From Pecten maximus (lineage: Eukaryota): a stretch of DNA of 64,000 bases. The translations under genes and the position numbers were made by a program. Each line of letters opens with the position of its first letter. Positions within the stretch are counted from its first letter, which is position 1. Location: assembly GCF_902652985.1 (NCBI RefSeq), contig NC_047025.1, forward strand, positions 20,088,001 to 20,152,000, in the 5' to 3' direction. The notes beneath the pieces were generated by a model, which did no database searches, was not told the origin of the DNA, and worked only from the letters and a program-made list of their open reading frames with translations. Shown here in pieces: positions 39,929 through 53,996 of the stretch.

Positions 39929-42900
39929 ATGCATTATTTAACCTCAAGGTAAGTGATTTATAAGTGAAATTACATAAGTCATCTCCTGCATCAATGCAAT
40001 ATCAGAATAGTTATTATATATTGACGTAATCAAATATTAGACAGCTGACTTTAACAAAATTACTGTATCTCCTAAAGACGTAACATTTATCATATTATGT
40101 GCAAGTAAAATTTGTATTACTGGTAACAATCTTACCGTAGGGTCACTGAAATATTGATCAGTTTATTTCCATAAATACCACTATAATGCAACACCTGATA
40201 CTGATCATCACTAACCACATGTGAATCCCAAATAATAATCAGTTATCACAGATCAGTTTAAATATAATATAATTTGTTGTTTGAGTAATCCTGTTTCTCT
40301 TTTATAGTTAAATAAAAAGCAAATGGAAAGGTTTAATTTGGAAGTAAATATCATTTTGTAGTTTGAATAATCCTGTTTCTCTTTGATAGTTTAATAAAAA
40401 GCAAATGGAAAGGTTTGCAAGTAAAGCAGAAAAAGAACATGTCAAAGAAAAAGCAAAAGTTAAAAAGGTAAGCAGTATACATATACGGTAAGTTTTTGTG
40501 TTCAACTTGTAAAACTATAAATATAAGTTGAGTGTGGAAATTTTTTCTGGATTGAATCTAGCATATATAGTGGTCCATGGAACAACAATTTGTATATGAC
40601 TCGTGAAACTATTATCTGAATTAAGAATATGATGATATTTTCTTGAATTAATATACAGAAATGTGCTAACAGTTGTGCAGTAAATAATGTATTCCAATCA
40701 AAGTTGTGAATATATATGTGGACATATATCTAATATACATGTTTGTGTGCAAACAAATACAAATTTTTATTGCAGGCCATTGCACAAAAGAACATAGAGG
40801 CAGCAAAAATATATGCTGAGAATGCTATTAGGAAGCGAAATGAGGGTTTGTCATATCTGAGGATGGCTGCCAGGGTAGATGGTGTGGCAAGTCGTGTACA
40901 GACAGCTGTTACAATGAAAAGTGTAAGGATCATGCTATTTTGGCTAAAACAATTTACTTTTCTTACATCTTCAAACTATTACATATTTTACTTAGCCATT
41001 TTGGTCGCTTTCATACTGTTGTTATTACATCACTACTTATTAAGCACATCATTTTAAGATTCTTGAAAAATATACTTTAATACACTCCAGTCAGGGTTTT
41101 TTCTGGGGGCTTTTTGGGGCCATTCCCAATTGAAATTATTTCATATTTAGGCCAAATTCCCAAGATTTGCAGTTCACTCCTGATAAGATCTTTCCCAATT
41201 CACCAATTTCCTTCCCAAAATGAGACAAAAAGGCCCTTTCCCAAACCAGTGAGAAAAAGCCCTGCCAGTTCATGATATGTTCCATTGTGTAATCTTATTT
41301 AAACATCCGTGTTTATTGTTTAATTTTTTGGTTTGACATAAAATGGCTATTTTGATCAAAGTACTATGTCTTTTTCTGGAAACATTTGTGAGTTAACAGT
41401 CTAAAATCACATTGGTATGATGCAGTATTACAGTCATAAGGACATTAGTCATCTTGTGTTATAGCAGTGAACTCACCACATATACCAGCTTATAAAATCG
41501 GAGTTGTGTCCCTTTATCGCTGATGTGTCACAATGAATGACATCCTGACAGAATATTCAAGAGTATACAGGATTTGTTTAAAGGAAGACTTTTTAACTAT
41601 ATACATAATATATATATATATATATAACGCATTATAAATCAATTAATTATTATGATTGCATTGGATTATGTAATTGTATTATGCTTAATGCTGTATTAAA
41701 TTTTGTTTTCTCTGATAGATGGTGAAAGGCATTGAAGGTGTATCAAAATCCCTAGAAAAGGCTATGGCGTCCATGAATTTAACTGAGGTAATCATTGAAT
41801 AGTGTTAAATGTTCCTTTTACATAACGTACAATGAAAACAGAATTGTTTATTATCTCCCCTATCCCTATCTTTGTAGTTCACTGACCACAAAAGAGGAAA
41901 ATTTTTATCCAGTTGAATGAATAGTATTATTTTACTGTTATAAAATATTATATTATTTAAAATAGTTTGAAAAATTGATTTTAGACTAGAATACTGTAAA
42001 CAAAATAAATCAGTAGCATCCATTACTACTTTTCCAAGCTTATAAAAACGAAACACAGATATAACATTCAATAAGTAATGTAAGCAAACACTTACTGCAT
42101 GTTTGTTTGCAAAACTATACTTCATATTAACAAATAATGTCACATGAATAAAGAGATGAGGCTTCCTTAATAGATTTGGAATCATGACCTATAAAAATAT
42201 TTGTAAAATGGGATTATTAGAGTCCATCATATGTAGGTATGTGGGATAGGGAAATTCTACCCGAGGGTGTAGAATTTTCCTATCTGGCATACCTAACATA
42301 TGATGGACTATTTTTCTCACACCTTTTTCGTAAAATGCATGGGGAAATTGATCCAACAAGGCAAAACCATATAGAAACTTTGTATTTTTTCTCAGTGACT
42401 AACAATAAAACCAATATTTGGAAAGATGACAAGAAAGTATGGTTATGGTATACCATAAAAAATAAGCTGTTTGTCAAAGTGTCAAGATAACAATTATAAA
42501 TTAATGGTTGTCAGAGATGATCGGCTTTCTGGAAACTGCTGACTGATGTTTGACATCATGTCATATTCCTCCGCTTAAGCTTATATAAACAAACAGTAGG
42601 GCTTTCTCGGTGATGTCACACCATTAAAAAGTAGTCCCAGACCTGATGTCACTCGGTGCACCTATGTGGGATAGAGATATCACACATGAGTGTTCCACAT
42701 GGGACAAATGTATTTTTCATATGGAAAGGTGTGAGAAACACATATCATCAATTTATCTTTTTCTTTACTAGGTTGACAAGGTGATGCAAAAGTTTGAGAA
42801 ACAATTTGAAGATCTTGATGTACAGACGTCGGTGAGTTGAAACATTTAATTGGTAGAGGTTGTACTTAAATGCGATTTTGATATGATGATTGGTATTTTA

Positions 42901-44247
42901 CTGTACAGATATTAAATGATGTTCTTAAACATTAAAAATCCAGCGAAACCTAGTTATATGACTACTTGGATCTTGTAATCATGTAATCAGATTCAAGTAG
43001 TTATATGAGAGCAATTAAAATTACCTACCAAGTATAGGAAATGCCATGGGACTGAAACTCTTCCTCTGTGTTAGCGTCTCAGATATTCAAGTATGTAATA
43101 CATGTACCGTATACACTTTTCTGTAGTGAATGATTAAGAATACATTGAAGTTTTTCATCCAAGTTTAGAGCCAACGCCATAGTTCTGTAGTTTCCGTTAT
43201 CCCTTACTTGGATACCTCTGAGAATGCAAGGCGATTAAGGAACCAGAAACTAAAGGCAAATATTCAATTGCAATTGAACATGTGGGCTTCTTCATGACCT
43301 ATCCTTAGCTTGTTGCAATTGAATATTTGCCCATTGGAGATTTTATCTCCAAAGCAGTCAAAAAGGAATATGTTTTGATCTTAGTATAAATGTATAATCA
43401 TGGAATATACATGTACAGGTAATGAGGAATTTAACATTTTTATTACAATTTTAGACATTAGAAAACACAATGGGGGATGCCACAACATTATCCGCACCAA
43501 CAGAACAAGTAGATGATCTCATCAAACAAGTTGCGGAGGAGAGTGGTCTTGAGATGATGGATCAATTAAGTGACCTCAGTGTAGCTAAAGACTCTGTCCG
43601 GGTTAAGGATCAGGAACACAAGCGAGAGGATGACCTTAGTCGCAGGTATGGTGTTAAAAATGACGAAAAAATAGACAAAGTGTACCAGGTATGAATATCT
43701 GGTTTGGTAATGTTGTATTGGTCTGCATCATATTTCCTTATTGAACACACTTCTTTGATGGATCAAATCTATTGACGAGTAAATGACTTTAATAAAACAT
43801 GAAAGAACATACACCTGTAACTGGTATTTTACCTTGTACACCTGTAACTGGTATTTTACCTTGTACACCTGTAACTGGTATTTTACCTTGTACACCTGTA
43901 ACTGGTATTGTACCTCGTACACCTTTAACTGGTATTTTACCTCGTACACCTGTAACTGGTATTTTACCTTGTACACCTGTAACTGGTATTTTACCTTGTA
44001 CACCTGTAACTGGTATTGTACCTCGTACACCTGTAACTGGTATTTTACCTTGTACACCTGTAACTGGTATTTTACCTTGTACACCTGTAACTGGTATTGT
44101 TCCCTGTACACCTGTAACTGGTATTGTACCCTGCGTCTTTAACAGAATTACTCCCTAGCATAGGATTGGTGTATTTTGTTTTACAACTGTGGTTCTGTTG
44201 AATCATTCTATGAATTTCTTTTCAGATTACAAGCATTGAGAAATTGA
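39929..44247 (+). CDS. CHMP1A: Charged multivesicular body protein 1 (ESCRT-III, CHMP1A-like); start exon not located
   Basis: GT-AG exons 39929-39948, 40390-40467, 40776-40922, 41719-41787, 42772-42831, 43455-43645, 44226-44247 join in frame: [22 protein letters not shown]...[35 protein letters not shown]...EDDLSRRLQALRN*. The A versus B assignment rests on the multi-intron structure and is less certain than the family call. Confidence 0.88.
41092..41264. mobile_element. MITE with 13-bp TIRs and 5-bp TSD
   Basis: CAGGGTTTTTTCT...AGAAAAAGCCCTG, with CCAGT at 41087-41091 and 41265-41269. Confidence 0.75.
42235..42740. mobile_element. Probable hairpin-bearing non-autonomous element in a CHMP1 intron
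   Basis: Hairpin GATAGGGAAATTCTAC...GTAGAATTTTCCTATC, repeated TATGTGGGATAG, and inverted TTTCTCACACC / GGTGTGAGAAA. Confidence 0.45.
43810..44132. repeat. 27-bp intronic minisatellite, about 12 copies (ACACCTGTAACTGGTATTTTACCTTGT)
   Basis: Visible array in the last CHMP1 intron. Confidence 0.95.
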
Positions 44248-46608
44248 GGATATTAAACTATATTAATCGAAGTGAAATGAATGTAATCTATGCTGCCTGA
44301 GAGAGTTCGACTCTGTTGGAACCTATGACCATATTACAAGCTTGATCTTCAGTACCGAGTGAATATTATTGAGGCCAATGATGACATTTAGGAATGAATG
44401 TAGCTGGTTCAATAATAAGGACACCGACAATGGCGCAGTTAATGAAATACCCCATGTTTCATGATCCTGACAACTTCAATGGAGCCAGATTTGTTTTGTC
44501 TAAGCAAATCAAGGGAGACGACTCTGACCTACATACCTGGCAGCGGTCAACAACTTTTGCTACCTAAATGTATAATTTCTGCTAATAAAAATTGAAGAGG
44601 TAATGATTAAATAATATGGATGTTTTAACAGCCATAGACTTGAGCAGTAATTATGTGCAAGTCATAATCAAGGAGACTTAAGTTTTAGAAGATTGATTCT
44701 GTCCAATCAGAAAGAGAGAGAGAGAGAGAATTTTGTGATAACTTTGTGTAAATGACTTGAGCGTATGTAAATGTGGAAGTTGAGATAGATGGAGATTATT
44801 ACATTACTTAATAAGTTGTATATATGTGAACAATGTATTAAATGTTTTTATATATCAGGGAGCAAGGATAGTGTGAAAACAATATAGTCTTGGTTTGAAA
44901 AATGTTATGTTTATTGTACCTAATTCTATTCATATTGAGTAGGTTGAATTCTTTGTGATTAAACCATGATGTACGGTATTTTACCGTACTACTGTAACAC
45001 TAATTACCATTTGCCACAAGCAGTCAGCTTTCATCAATAGTAATATTTTCTTTCTATATGAATTAATTTGAGGGACACTAATTGACGATAATGCTGACCT
45101 GTTGATGGCATTCCCAAAGGTTCTAGATGCTGTACACTATAAAAAGTGTACAACTCTAGGTTTAATGTTTCATGCTGATTTATGTATATTCAAGTGGTAT
45201 ATGGCACTGTTGAGAGCACGGACACAAAACAACCTACACCACTACAACCTGATCAGCTAATTGTAATTGTAATTGTGATTGTAGCAAGAATGGGTCCATC
45301 GCCAGGTACTTTACAAGTGCTTTCTCCATATACATAGTGTCCATAGTGTGTTGATCATATCCTTCCTGCAGTGTTAGTGATTTCAATAATAACTTGAATA
45401 CCAGTATTTGTAATGCAAACAGTTCTCTGACAGTTTTACTGCATTAACATGTCATTATTTAATTTTCACTATTACTGATACCTGTACTGTAAAGTGCTTG
45501 CATATTCATGGTATTTTAGTGCACTTTTACCCTTGTCTGATTATTTCATTTTATAAGTTGTTGGAAAATGTTCTGTCAACAATAAGTATAGGACTGCTAC
45601 ACTGACCTGTGCTTGTTACTGTGGTATGTTACTTCTCCAGTACAAAACATTTGTTCTAATTTAATTACTTTTCCTGTTATTTGATTTAGTTTGACAGTAG
45701 TTGTTCTAAGTATGCTTGCATCTTACAAATATAGGTATACAGATAGGTAATAAAGTTGTTATAATAACTATTAATTTATATATTTTAGTTCTTGGTTATA
45801 TTATGATGATGCATTAAATTCATATGAAATGTACAAATTCTGTTTCTTGTATTTTTGCTGGTTATAAAAATGGAATCGTCCTACGATGTCTTTCAATTTC
45901 ATTTTCTACACCAGAACTTATCAAAATAACGTGAATGTAAACTATAGTGTAAAATGAAAATGAAGGATACCGTTTACTGGTGGGTTGCTGTAGTCTTTGC
46001 TATAGGTCAAATAATTAAGTGTAAACGAAACTCTTGTTGACCCTGATGGAAGTGAATTTACTCAACAAGCTCTGTCAGTTACCTTGGCTCAGTAAAAGGC
46101 AAGTACAAATAGCTACTATAATGATAAACTAGTTGAATTATGATACATTATTGTACCTTGAACAATAAAATATAACCTTCTGTTTTAATTTTAAGAAAAT
46201 ATAAAAAGATTTCACTTTAAACATTTTAATGTTTTTTTCTGCATCTATACACTTAGAATCAATGTAAAATCTTACACACACTTCAAATTTCCTGGCAAAG
46301 TTTACACTTGCATATATATAATATGTATAATATGGTGATATTTATACACTCTATTAAGTATATGTACATGCAAGCATAACATACAGCATGTTTCGTAACT
46401 CACACAGCTTTTTTAAATCAGGAAAGTAAATATTTTCCGGAACCTACTGATTTACTGTGTAGCAATGGATAATACAGGCACTGGATATCATCATTGTTTG
46501 TAATACCTATCACAGTCATATCTCGGGATTCCTAAACATTTTGCATACACAATCGTCTCCATCTTCCATCAAACACAATTGTACACTGCCTATAATTAAT
46601 GTTCTCCG

Positions 46609-49600
46609 TCACTTTATTTCCTCAATCACTAATGGTTTTTCTGTCCCTTTATCAGCCTCGTCCTCGAATTCTGTTCCTCTGCACCGCCGACCAGTAACGG
46701 GGTCCACGACACAACCAAGTTTGTACACAACGCGATCAACTTTGTGTGTTACTCTCTTCTTGTCCAGATTTTTGGGAAGGGATCTGATCAACACTATGTC
46801 ACCTATTAGACAGTCATTGGAATTATCTTCTGCCCAATAGAACTTTCTCCCAGAGAAATACTGAAATATAAAATAAGAAATTATTTCACTTTTGAGACCA
46901 AAAGGGCTCAATTATTATTTGGTTGTATGTCTCACCTGTCAATTCACCTCGCTCTACAAAACGGCACATAAAGGTAACAATTATCAAAATAGAAAATATC
47001 ATTATTCTACTTCTAGAACCTTTCTTAGAAAATAATTTAAGTAAGCCTTCAAAATTTGTCTATAAATGGAAAAGACATTCCTTTAGATCCCAAACTAATA
47101 TATAGCACTGATGGAATAATAATGCACTAGATAATTAACCATTCAATTGACGTATATATGTCCTATCAATTGACTAATTAAATCATGATCATTTAAAGTG
47201 GACCCTGAATAATTTTTGTTAGATAAAGTTGTAAAATAAAATAAAGCAAAGCACTGAAGAAATAATGTGAAAATGTATCATTTTCAAGATACATTGTATA
47301 TGCATGATTTTGTGGAATGCACACTGTAAGCAAATGTTATTTGTCCTAGATAGTGACCTATCTAGCTGTGATGCCACAAGTGTGTAATATCTACCATATT
47401 GTATATATAAACTATAGACGAAACATGAGATAAAATATCGCTGTTTAATACTATGTGATATAACTATTTTAATATTTGACATTGAACTATATGATATACT
47501 GAAGAGCTTGGTTGTTGGATCAATACTTTTATACAAAATAATGGATTGATGATCAGGAAATTATTTGACAATTGCCAGTATATATCGGGTCAGAGATGGT
47601 GTTTCGAGCAAGACTACTTTTAAACTGTATGGACAAAATGTGTGTAAACAAAAAAATTAAAGTTATTTATACACAAAAATGGTATCATATAATTATAAGA
47701 CTACATGTGCCCATGATCTGGACTGTTAGATCACACATAGCAAGTGTTTATCACCTATATGTCTCGGAACTAATCAAGATGTATGTTTTATTTACACCTG
47801 AACTACTGTAATAGCATAACCATTTGCTGGGGATTTTATTTTGTTTCTTTCAAGGTTTTAAATAATCCACAAAATAAAATCCAGACGGAACACTTCCTAT
47901 GTGAAATAAAACCAAAATATATATAATTTGAAATAAATTGTGGAATTTATCTGAAAGTATGCTGTGGTTTGTACATATGTTGTTAAATATGTAGATATCT
48001 GATAATCGTATATTGGACAGGTAAATTTACAATCTATAGTGGTAGTCAGTCATGTCAATTCTCATTCCACAAATTGACAGATTCCTCCGTTCCTGTTTAA
48101 TCATTATATATTATATTGAGACTTGTCTATCTGTGATAATTTGGTTTGAGCTCTCCAACAATCAAGGTGTCATAAAAATAAGTAAGATGAGTCGGAACAT
48201 TGTTGCCTAAAATATCAATATCTTTTGAATAATTGTTATTGTGAAATATATATATGTAAAGAAAGAAAAGAATAAAAATACTTCCTATGTGTTTTTGATA
48301 TGATTAATGCAATGATTCAAATAATGGACTTTGTCTTTGATATAGATGCTCGTGCACATCATATCCCCTGCCCGCCCTATACGTACTGTATACTCGAGAG
48401 TAATGTCCATTCTGATACCTGTTAAATCACTGTGACTATACCTGGAAAATATTTCTTGATGTTGTAAGAGAAGTTTATAAATGATTGTATAATATAGACA
48501 GATTACACAAAACTAGCAATACCAGATCTAGATAATCTATTTAGATATTCAAGGTGTAAGCTCTTGTCCCTACAGGTCCACGTCTGCTGACATACGAGAT
48601 CGATGCTGCCAAAATATAAACTATTTGCACAAAATTGTTGAAAATACACGAAACAACTTCAGCCATACTACCAGTATTCATACTAAAACAACATGAGGTC
48701 AAACTGCCTAATATATATACTTAGGATCCACACTACAGAAAAATCTCAAATGGGATACACACATCAACGACATCACCGCAAACGCCAACAGATCACTAGG
48801 CTTCCTAAAACGCAACCTGAAAATAAACTCACAACATATAAAAGAACATGCATACAAAGCCCTAGTGAGACCCAAACTGGAATACTGCTCTTCCATATGG
48901 GACCTGCACAACACAAACCAAATCAACCAAATAGAAAAAATTCAACGCAGAGCAGCACGATACGTACAAAACAGATACCACAACACAAGTTCAGTACAAG
49001 ACATGATGGACAAACTCAACTGGCCCACACTTCAAACACGTAGACTCAAGACCAGACTCATACTATTATACAAAATCATTCACCATCATGTCGCAATAGA
49101 CCCACACGGCATCATGCATGCACCCAGCAGACCCTAGGACAAGGCAAACACACCCCTACACCTTCAGACACCTATCTGCCACCAATGACACATACAAATA
49201 CTCCTTCTTCCCACACACAATAACACAATGAAACCTCCTCCCGGTGGCAGCAGTACAATGCACTACACTAGAGATCTTCAAGGCACATATACACAATGCA
49301 GCCCTTGATGATCTCAAACACACACCATAAACACACCCTCATAATGTTTTATCTTATAGTTTCCACTAAAAAAATTAATTAAAAAAAAAAACAAAACCTC
49401 TCACTGTACCCAAATCCCTGCACTTTTTAAAATTCTTTTAAAAGCATACAACGATCCTTCCCGCAACCGTAATCGTCATTTTTGACGGAGGTTTGTCAAT
49501 CAAAGAAGAATAAGTGGGGTTAGGCCACACTAGTGACTTCGAAGCCTGGAAATCAGGAATCTAACAGTTATCTATGGCAGCAAACATGCTGATTGGCTAT

Positions 49601-50277
49601 TGACAGACGGAAAAATAGTCAGTTTTGACAGCTTATGTTTCAGGACACGGACAGAGAATGCTTCTAATGGTCAAGAATCATTCAGGATACATGTACACTT
49701 TAATATCAAGTGATCCAGTAATCGTTTGTAACATTTTATAATCAGTAATTATATATAATCAGATAGTTACCAGTGTGTGTTTTTTTCAACAAAAAAACAG
49801 TAATATTTTATTGCATTGTGTTTTAGATCCTATAGGAAGTGATCATGATGATCAATTCATGCAATTCATTTTCATCATCAGATATTTAATTCGTGAAGGT
49901 CAGTCACTGAATCAGGACAGGAGGTAAAATAAACAAAAATTAGTAAAATCTATGTTCATGTCAAGACCTTTGAACTGTTTACACAAAGTATAACGTCTGA
50001 ATTCATTGTAATAAACTTAAATTCACCAAATAAATGTACTTGTCTGCTACAAGGCCCTACAACTGTACACAGTTGACGTTAAGTACATGAAGTATCCATC
50101 AGCTGATCATACGACACTTACTTTTTTCAAATTTCTGTCCAAAACCATTTTGCTTGTCTGTATTTTCAGAGCATCTGGTCTTGCAGCACTCCTTTGCACA
50201 ACATGTCCTATGTACATTGTGCCAGATGCCGACCCTTTTTGGGTAATGCTTCGTATAAGTGGCACCAACTTTGACAT
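46609..50277 (-). CDS. MRPS17: Mitochondrial ribosomal protein S17 (uS17m), 135 aa, two coding exons
   Basis: Exon 50277-50122 (MSKLVP...IGHVVQ...MVLDRNLKK, then GTAAGT) splices in phase 0 to 46860-46609 (YFSGRKFYWAED...CLIGDIVLIRSLP...VYKLGCVVDPVTGRRC). These are uS17m motifs. Confidence 0.9.
48710..49510 (+). mobile_element. 5'-truncated, degenerate LINE 3' end (RTE-X/CR1-like), only in copy A
   Basis: YLG..LKWDTHI..ANRSLGFLKRNL..YKALVRPKLEYCSSIWD..IEKIQRRAARYV, followed by a frameshift and stop, ending AAGAAGAA. Absent at the homologous site near 53205. Confidence 0.88.
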
Positions 50278-50796
50278 CTCGGTTGAATAAACCTCGCGGT
50301 TGGTGAAAAAGCGTCTAACTAACTTTAAAACATTCAATAGACTAAGATTCTTGTAGTATTCTAATTATAAAATAGCATTGTTTGTTATCCGGAAACTGCA
50401 ACTTTCAATATATAATCAATGATACCATTATACCTAATGCACAACTGTCTTATACAACTAATGAATTATTATTAAAGATTTTTGTTTGTCTAATTTATTA
50501 TTTAAATATGAACAGATTCCCTCATCAAAATTTAGTTTATAAAAACAAATAACGGATTACTTCCCCTGACGTCAAACTATTCCAGATGTATTTGGAAAGA
50601 ATTCAGGTAACTTCTGAGATTAGCGACACAGAATTGTTTACGGACGGACGGAACCCACCATCTGATGATGGTGAGCTAAAAAACAATGGATTGATGATCA
50701 GGAAATTATTTGACAATTGCCAGTATATGTCAGGTCTGAGATGGTGTTTCGAGCAAGACTACTTTTAAACTGTATGGACAATATGTGTGTAAACAA

Positions 50797-52095
50797 AACA
50801 AGAGATCCCAGAGGGATCTTGGCGCCCACCATTGAATGTTCTTCATAGGTTCCATGTCAGATTGATCTTTTCTCTACTTTTCTCTTCTTCTAAGTCTTAC
50901 TAATCTGTGTAAATTCAGAAGAAACCTCTAGTACTTTTCAAACAAGGGAAACCTATATATAAAATTTAAGATTTAGGCACCAAGGGGAACCTATATATGG
51001 AATTTGAGAAAGATTCCTTCAGTACTTTCTGAGAAATAGCGATAACAAACTTCAATTGTCTAAATCCAAGATGGCTGCCTGTCGGCCATGTTGTTTTCCG
51101 ATCGGTCCCAAAATACAATATGCATAACAAGGCACCAAGGGAAACCTACATATGAAATTTGAGAAAGATCCCTTCAGTACTTTCTCAGAAATAGCGATAA
51201 CAAACTTCAATGGTCAAAATCCAAGATGGCTGCCTGTCGGCCATGTTGTTTTCCGATCGGTCCCAAAATACAATATGCATAACAAGGCACCAAGGGGAAC
51301 CTACATATGAAATTTGAGAAAGATCCCTTCAGTACTTTCTCAGGAATAGCGATAACAAACTTCAATGGTCAAAATCCAAGATGGCTGCCTGTCGGCCATG
51401 TTGTTTACCGATCGGTCCCAAAATGCAATATGCATAACTAGGCACCAAGGGAAACCCACATATGAAATTTGAGAAAGATCCCTTCAGTACTTTCTCAGAA
51501 ATAGTGATAACAAACTTCAATGGTCAAAATCCAAGATGGCTGCCTGTCGGCCATGTTGTTTTCCGATCGGTCCCAAAATGCAATATGCATAACTAGGCAC
51601 TAAGGGGAACCTACATATGAAATTTGAGAAAGATCCCTTCAGTACTTTCTCAGAAATAGCGATAACAAACTTCAATGGTCAAAATCCAAGATGGCTGCCT
51701 GTCGGCCATGTTGTTTTCCGATAGGTCCCAAAATGCAATATGCATAACTAGGCACCAAGGGAAACCTACATATGAAATTTGAGAAAGATCCCTTCAGTAC
51801 TTTCTCAGAAATAGCGATAACAAACTTCAATGGTCAAAATCCAAGATGGCTGCCTGTCAGCCATGTTGTTTTCCGATCAGTCCCAAAATGCAATATGCAT
51901 AACTAGGCACCAAGGGGAACCTACATATGAAATTTAGGAAAGACCCCTTCAGTACTTTCTGAGGATTAGCGATAACAAGAATTGTTTATGGACGGACGGA
52001 CGGACGGACGGACGGAGGGAGGGAGGGACGGACGGACGGACGACGGACGCAGGGCGATTTGAATAGCCCACCATCTGATGATGGTGGGCTAAAAA
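50797..52095 (-). mobile_element. Helentron-type non-autonomous element (HINE-like) with about six 155-bp internal repeats, only in copy B
   Basis: Inserted in an A/T run. Subterminal palindrome GCCCACCATCTGATGATGGTGGGC, (GGAC)n microsatellite, 155-bp units (51065, 51220, 51375, ...), terminal hairpin GATCCCAGAGGGATC. Confidence 0.85.
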
Positions 52096-53840
52096 TCAAA
52101 GTTATTTATACACAAAAATGGTATCATATAATTATAAGACTACATGTGTCCATGATCTGGACTGTTAGATCACACATAGCAAGTGTTTATCACCTATATG
52201 TCTCAGAACTAATCAAGATGTATGTTTTATTTACACCTGAACTACTGTAATAGCATAACCATTCGCTGGGGATTTTATTTCATTTCATTCATAGTTTTAA
52301 CCATTTGCTGGGGATTTAATTTTGTTTCTTTCAAGGTTTTAAATAATCCACAAAATAAAATCCAGACGGAACACTTCCCATGTGAAATAAAACAAAAATA
52401 TGTACAATTTGAAATAAATTGTGGGATTTATCTGAAAGTATGCTGTAGTTTGTACAAACGTTGTTAAATATGTAGATATCTGATAATCGTATAATATAAT
52501 CGTATATTGGACAGGTAAATTTACAATCTATAGTGGTAGTCGGTCATGTCAATTCTCATTCCACAAATTGACAGATTCCTCCGTTCCTGTTTAATCATTA
52601 TATATTATATTGAGACTTGTCTATCTGTGATAATTTGGTTTGAGCTCTCCAACAATCAAGGTGTCATCAAAATAAGTAAGATGAGTCGGAACATTGTTGC
52701 CTAAAATATCAATAACTTTTGAATATTTGTTATTGTGAAATATATATATGTAAAGAAAGAAAAGAATAAAAATACTTCCTATGTGTTTTTGATATGATTA
52801 ATGCAATGATTCAAATAATGGACTTTGTCTTTGATATAGATGTTCGTGCACATCATATCCCCTGCCCGCCCTATACGTACTGTATACACGAGAGTAAGGT
52901 CCATTCTGATACCTGTAAAATCACTGTGACTATACCTGGAAAATATTTCTTGATGTTGTAAGAGAAGTTTATAAATGATTGTATAATATAGACAGATTAC
53001 ACAAAACTAGCAATACCAGATCTAGATAATCTATTTAGATATTCAAGGTCTAATTTATAAGTTCTTGTCCCTACAGGTCCACATCTGCCGACATACGAAA
53101 TCGATGCTGCCAAAATATAAACTATTTGCACAAAATTGTTGAAAATACACAAAACAACTTCAGCCATACTACCAGTATTCATACTAAAACAACATGAAAC
53201 TGCCTTAAAAGTCGGGTTAGGCCACATGTACACTAGTGACTTCAAAGCCTGGAAATCAGGAATCTAACAGTTATATATGGCAGCAAACATGCTGATTGGC
53301 TATTGACAGACAGAAAAATAGTCAGTTTTGACAGCTTATGTTTCAGGCCAGAGAATGCTTCTAATGCTCAAGCGAACAAATTTATAGTTAAAATATCAAA
53401 AATCATTCAGGATACATGTACACTTTAATATCAAGTGATCCAGTAATCATTTGTAACATTTTATAATCAGTAATTATATATAATCAGATAGTTACCAGTG
53501 TGTGTTTTTTTCAACAAAAAGCAGTAATATTTTATTGCATTGTGTTTTAGATCCTATAGGAAGTGATCATGGTGATCAATTCATGCAATTCATTTTCATG
53601 ATCAGATATTTAATTCGTGAAGGTCAGTCACTGAATCAGGACACGAGGTAAAATAAACAAAAATTAGTAAAATCTATGTTCATGTCAAGACTTTTAAACT
53701 GTTTATACAAAGTATAACGTCTGAATTCATTGTAATAAACTTAAATTCATCAATGTACTAGTCTGCTACAAGGCCCTACAACTGTACACAGTAGACGTTA
53801 AGTACATGAAGTATCCATCAGCTGATCATACGACACTTAC

Positions 53841-53996
53841 TTTTTTCAAATTTCTGTCCAAAACCATTTTGCTTGTCTGTATTTTCAGAGCATCTGGTCT
53901 TGCAGCACTCCTTTGCACAACATGTCCTATGTACATTGTGCCAGATGCCGACCCTTTTTGGGTAATGCTTCGTATAAGTGGCACCAACTTTGACAT
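53841..53996 (-). CDS. MRPS17: Duplicate first coding exon of MRPS17 (distal copy)
   Basis: Identical 156 nt to 50122-50277, with an intact ATG and GTAAGT donor. Confidence 0.8.

Noticed and set aside
43728-44158. Repetitive ORFs ([18 protein letters not shown])
   Set aside because: 27-bp intronic minisatellite.
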